This document shows, one piece after another, positions 21,624 to 25,708 of a DNA stretch of 25,708 bases (within the stretch, counting starts at the first letter, position 1; every line of letters begins with the position of its first letter). The notes beneath the pieces are model-generated. The model was not told where the DNA came from. It saw only the letters and a program-made list of their open reading frames with translations, and did not search any database. This DNA comes from Chlorokybus atmophyticus. Its lineage: Eukaryota; Plantae; Mesostigma and Chlorokybus algae. The translations under genes and the position numbers were made by a program. The stretch lies in assembly GCA_009103225.1 (NCBI GenBank), contig RHPI01003079.1:1-25708 (forward strand). The letters are read 5' to 3'.

Positions 21624-23818
21624 CTATTTGCACAGCTTGCCAGCCTCCCATGCATAGTCGCTATCGTTGAGCTGAGCGACACCGTAACACTTGTCGGCAT
21701 CTTGTCCGACACCAAAAAGCTTGCACACCTGCCGTTAATGGCAAAAGATGTGAGCAAACACGCATGTATGCATGCATACGCATGTGCGGGTTGTTGCATA
21801 TGTTGAACTATGCAACGGCACCCACATGCCTACCTTGCTGTAACGGCCAGTGCCTGTGTAGTATGACCAATACTTGCAGGCAAGGTTGGCCTTGCACTGG
21901 TGGCAGCAAGTGTCTGCGTCAGGGATGCTGCTGACCGATGTGATGTTGTTTAGCACCGGAGTCTTCCACAGCCCCGACCACTGCCCGCCCGGGTTATAGC
22001 AGAAGGACTTGCACATCCTCTTGCCGTTCAAACGCTTCTGCACAAGGCTGCGATTCAGTGTACATGCTGTAACAATCTCAACTAGGCAAACATATGCGTG
22101 GGTGCACATGCACGCACGCACGCACGCACAAATAGCTAGCTACGGTAACGAACATGTTCGTAGAAGCCATGATCACAGATGCAGCGATAGCCGTCTCCAC
22201 CCGTCACCAGCTGGCAGCGGCCATGGGGCCCACAAAGGGTGGGGTTGCAGACTGTGCGTGTATATATACATTGCAGACGTTAGTCAACCAGCAGCTGGCG
22301 GATGACATGCAAACCTCTGCACGGACGAGTGTATGATGAGTGGCTCACTCTCACTCTCACGCATGGCATACAAAGACTCGATGGACCTGGAGGAGGTGTG
22401 GGAGGCGGAGGGGGTGATGCGCAGGGGATGCCAAGGCCTGTGTTTTTATAATTGGTGTCCACGGTTTGGCTGAACTTGGGAGGATCCCCGCATAGCCCAA
22501 TGTTGTTTTCTAAATAGCTGCCCATCACGACAAGACATGATGAGCGTAACAAGATTCTGAGTTTGAGTGAAACGTAGTAGAGTGGTTTGTCGCAACACAT
22601 GACTCGATGTTGCAGCGTTTACACAAGAAACAGCCAAGATTATGCACTGAACCAAGCATAGTCTTACAGCGTGTGTAGGTTGATCAAGTCGCCCCACTGC
22701 GACGGCACAGGTCCAGAAAAGCGATTTCCATCAGCCCAACTGCACACCCACATGCAGCTATTGGTAAGCTGAGCTGATAACCAACCAGTTCAAGAAGCAA
22801 ATTATCAGGGGCACATGCGCATGGGAGTTGCACGCTCAAGGACAACTCACAAAGTATCCAGGCTTGTGAGCTGGCTCAGCGTGGGCAACGGTCCAGTGAA
22901 GCGATTGTTGAATATGTATCTGCACATGAATGTTGCAGCAAATGAGACAAATGCACATCACTGTGAGGCTTAGGCAGGACATCACCCACTGGAAAACTGC
23001 GGCCTCTACGTGCGTGCGTGCGTGCGTGCGTGCGTGTGGAAGCAACTTGCCAAACTGCTGGTGTGTACGTGGAGCGCACTCACAGAAGTTGCAGGTAGAC
23101 GAGGTCGTTGAATCCAGTCAAGGGCTTGTCGTTGTGAAGCCGCGGTGTACCTTCCCCATCATACGAATCGATACCAACATCCCTGCCAATGCTCAGATCC
23201 CTGCAAGACACGCGCTGCGCTCAACACAATACATGTGACTGAAACGCTGCAGCAGGTAGCTCACTCGGATAGGATTTGACACAGAGAGGAACACACACGG
23301 GCTTACTCACAGTGTAGAGATGTATTCAGCCATGGGATCGGAGTTGCAAAAGATGTAACGCAGGTTGCAGACGTCGTAGTCCGGTTGGGCGTCCGCCAGG
23401 TCGGGCCAATGGGGGATCCCTCGCACCTGGTTGCCATGACCATCATGATGGTAGATGGCCGCCTGCAGTGACTTGAGACCCGCCACTGCAGCAGGCGGTG
23501 CTCACTCAGTGTGAGCGGCAGCACGCACAGGCCTGCCAGCAATGTGGCACGCTACGGGCAGGCATGTTGCAGCGTACGACACTTACATTGCTGGCTGGAA
23601 ACGGCAGACGACGCCTCGCGGACTGCGCCAACATGGATGTTGTTGGATAACTACACTGCGTGATGAGCCAGAGCCAAGCACACACAGAGCATGGCACAAA
23701 TCGAAAGGCCGAAGGCAGGCATACGCATGCAGGTCGCCGGCGCTTTACCTGAGCCGAGCAGCAGAGGCAGCAGCAGGAGCAGCGTCCGCCGCCAGGCCGC
23801 CGGCGCTGCCATCGTCAT
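21624..23818 (-). CDS. Secreted LRR + Pro-rich + EGF-like + PAN/apple protein, ~376 aa, 10 exons, no TM or kinase
   Basis: Exons 23818-23749, 23622-23587, 23485-23311, 23200-23084, 22919-22851, 22739-22668, 22517-22372, 22251-22144, 22066-21834, 21728-21624 are all GT-AG and in phase. LRRs LYIFNNRFTGPLPTLSQLTSLDTL and FWADGNRFSGPVPSQWGDLINLHTL, cap NNIGLCGDPP; EGF CNPTLCGPHGRCQLVTGGDGYRCICDHGFYE..C; PAN DTCCHQCKANLACKYWSY..VCKL..EAGKLCK. Confidence 0.82.
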
Positions 23819-23997
23819 GTGCTGGGACACGCTAGCCGACCCCCCCGGAGAAGAGTGAGAGCCAAGCATGTATGTATGTACCGGGAGTAAATAACGAGAC
23901 GGAAGCTGACGCAGCCAGGGCAGGTCGAGGCCGCGCGGCTTGAAAAAGCAGTCCTTTCATAGCACATCAAAATCTATCAACTAAAAAGTGCTGATTA

Positions 23998-24160
23998 TCT
24001 GAGTATGCGCCTGTCAGCAGCGCAGGGCGTTTCGCCAGATTCGCCCACTACATACTATACATGTATAGGTACCACCTATGTACCGCAGGGAACATGCCTG
24101 AGGCCGTCGCTGTCCTAGGAATGGAATCTGCCCTGCGCTGACAGAATGGGCGTACTCAGA
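23998..24160. repeat. Imperfect ~31-bp inverted repeat pair (23998-24028 / 24130-24160)
   Basis: TCTGAGTATGCGCCTGTCAGCAGCGCAGGGC versus the reverse complement of the right arm, TCTGAGTACGCCCATTCTGTCAGCGCAGGGC. Confidence 0.7.
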
Positions 24161-24248
24161 CACAAGGGGGCCCCTTTCTACAAAAGGACCCCCCCCTTTA
24201 TTCTCTGGACGGCCCCCACCCGTTTACACAATGGGATTGGGGGGGGGG

Positions 24249-25304
24249 ATGCACCTGCAATACCAACCAATGCTATGCTGTAGCCCTGCATCTATATGTA
24301 TTAGGCGGATATGTCTCGATGGCACGGAAGGCGATGCTATGGGAGCGGTTCGCCATCGTTGATGACGCTCACAAAGGGTGTCATGTCCACGCTAAAGCTC
24401 TTGACGACAACCGCGGGTGCATGAAAGTCCACATTGTCGCTTTGGGCGAAGGCCACGCCGCACACGCCCCCGTCGAACAGTATGTTTAGCGCAAAGGGTG
24501 CGTACGCGTGTGTCGTGTGAGGGAACATCGCCTTCACCTAATGCGCGTAAAAAAAGCTAAACCTTAAACATGCGTGCATGTAGGATCACTGCACGTGCGC
24601 ATGCGAGTATGTATGTATGTATGTATGTATGCACGTACCTTCAGGACAGCGGTGCGAGTGCTGGTGGGTGCCGAGAAGGTGATGGCACGGGTGGTTGTGA
24701 TTGTGGACGTATATGACGCAACCACGCGTGGTAACACTGCTGTGCGCCATGCATACAGGGGCACAACACGGTGAGTAGCATCCGCGTTGGGCGGGTATGC
24801 CGTGTGTTGACTGGCGCAGAATATTGCGCTCACAGTCACGTTGTATTGCAAGTTGTCAACATGGTTGCTTGGATACTCCACATACCCCCGCAGCTCCCCC
24901 TTTTTACTGAGAAGAGCAGAGTACTGCGCACACGTGCACCTTTAATGTATGTGTGTGCGTGCGTTCCCAGCATAGACACGCAGATGTGCACGCGTTTGCA
25001 ACAACAAGCATATCTGTGATATGTTGTTGGCAAGCTGGAACCAATGGTTCTTGGACTTGGACTTGGACTGGTCGGATGCAACCGCCTAAGGCCGCTGAAA
25101 GCTTTCTAAATCCAGGGCCGTGAAACAACAACCAACTCTTCACACTTGCACCTGTTGTATTGATACAGAGAGTATGTGTTGTAGTTGCTGCCATGGCTGT
25201 AGTGTTGTTGGTGTCGAGGTGGTATATATATGTACACATGCAAGCAGCCTTATGGGCACTCTCTGTCAAACAGCTGCGCCCGTGGCAACATACGCAGATG
25301 CACA

Positions 25305-25336
<32 letters not shown>

Positions 25337-25708
25337 CACACATATACACAAGCACACGTGCCCCCGCCCCCGTCCCCCACACACTCATGCATGTACACGC
25401 ACACACACACGCACACACCTTGCAGCCAGATGCTAAGGGTAAGAGGTGGGGTGAAGGTGGATGGAGTGGGCGCGTATTGCACTCGCATGGTTAGATCCAC
25501 ACGCGCCCAATTGTTGTTGTACTGATTGCCGGTGCATTTGTTGTTGCAGGTGGGGAGCGAGTACGTGGTGGAGACCGAAGGTGACGACTTCGTGAAAGAA
25601 TGACGCAGCAACACCAACTTGCAAGAAGCTGTCAGCAACGGCGTGGACGGCGCCGGCCTCGATAAATACCATTCCTGCGCGCGCGCGCACAAAGAGAGAG
25701 CTGTTTGT
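24249..25708 (-). pseudogene. Copy B of the duplication: 3'-truncated second PNGase A-like copy (exons 2-5), runs off the window
   Basis: Appears identical to 18076-19535, including the stop/frameshift lesion; begins right after a poly-G tract. Confidence 0.85.

Noticed and set aside
1-25708. CRISPR arrays, rRNA, tRNA or prokaryotic operons
   Set aside because: No repeat-spacer array or recognisable RNA gene; the sequence is intron-containing eukaryotic DNA.

Overview
Eukaryotic chromosome-end window, most likely from a streptophyte (streptophyte-type nad4, plant-type LRR, Ole e 1 and PNGase A domains), with spliceosomal genes and microsatellite-rich introns. It opens with ~14 perfect (CCCTAA)n telomeric repeats fused directly into a decayed Ty3/Gypsy retrotransposon. 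The element's polyprotein reads [C5 DNA methyltransferase C-terminus]-RT-RNase H-integrase-PHD finger, so it appears to carry its own cytosine methyltransferase and histone-reader domain, and it is cut inside the DNMT domain by the telomere. Next comes a subtelomeric run of extracellular-type genes that I assembled exon by exon: an intact Ole e 1-like + putative beta-propeller gene (+), a decayed LysM-containing gene (-), a strongly diverged and disrupted PNGase A-like gene (-) with a mitochondrial nad4 insert in its first intron, and an intact secreted LRR-Pro-EGF-PAN gene (-). The last 1460 bp appear identical to 18076-19535. Two single-N positions and low-complexity patches suggest possible assembly joins. 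All domain calls are from reading translations by eye; no searches were run.
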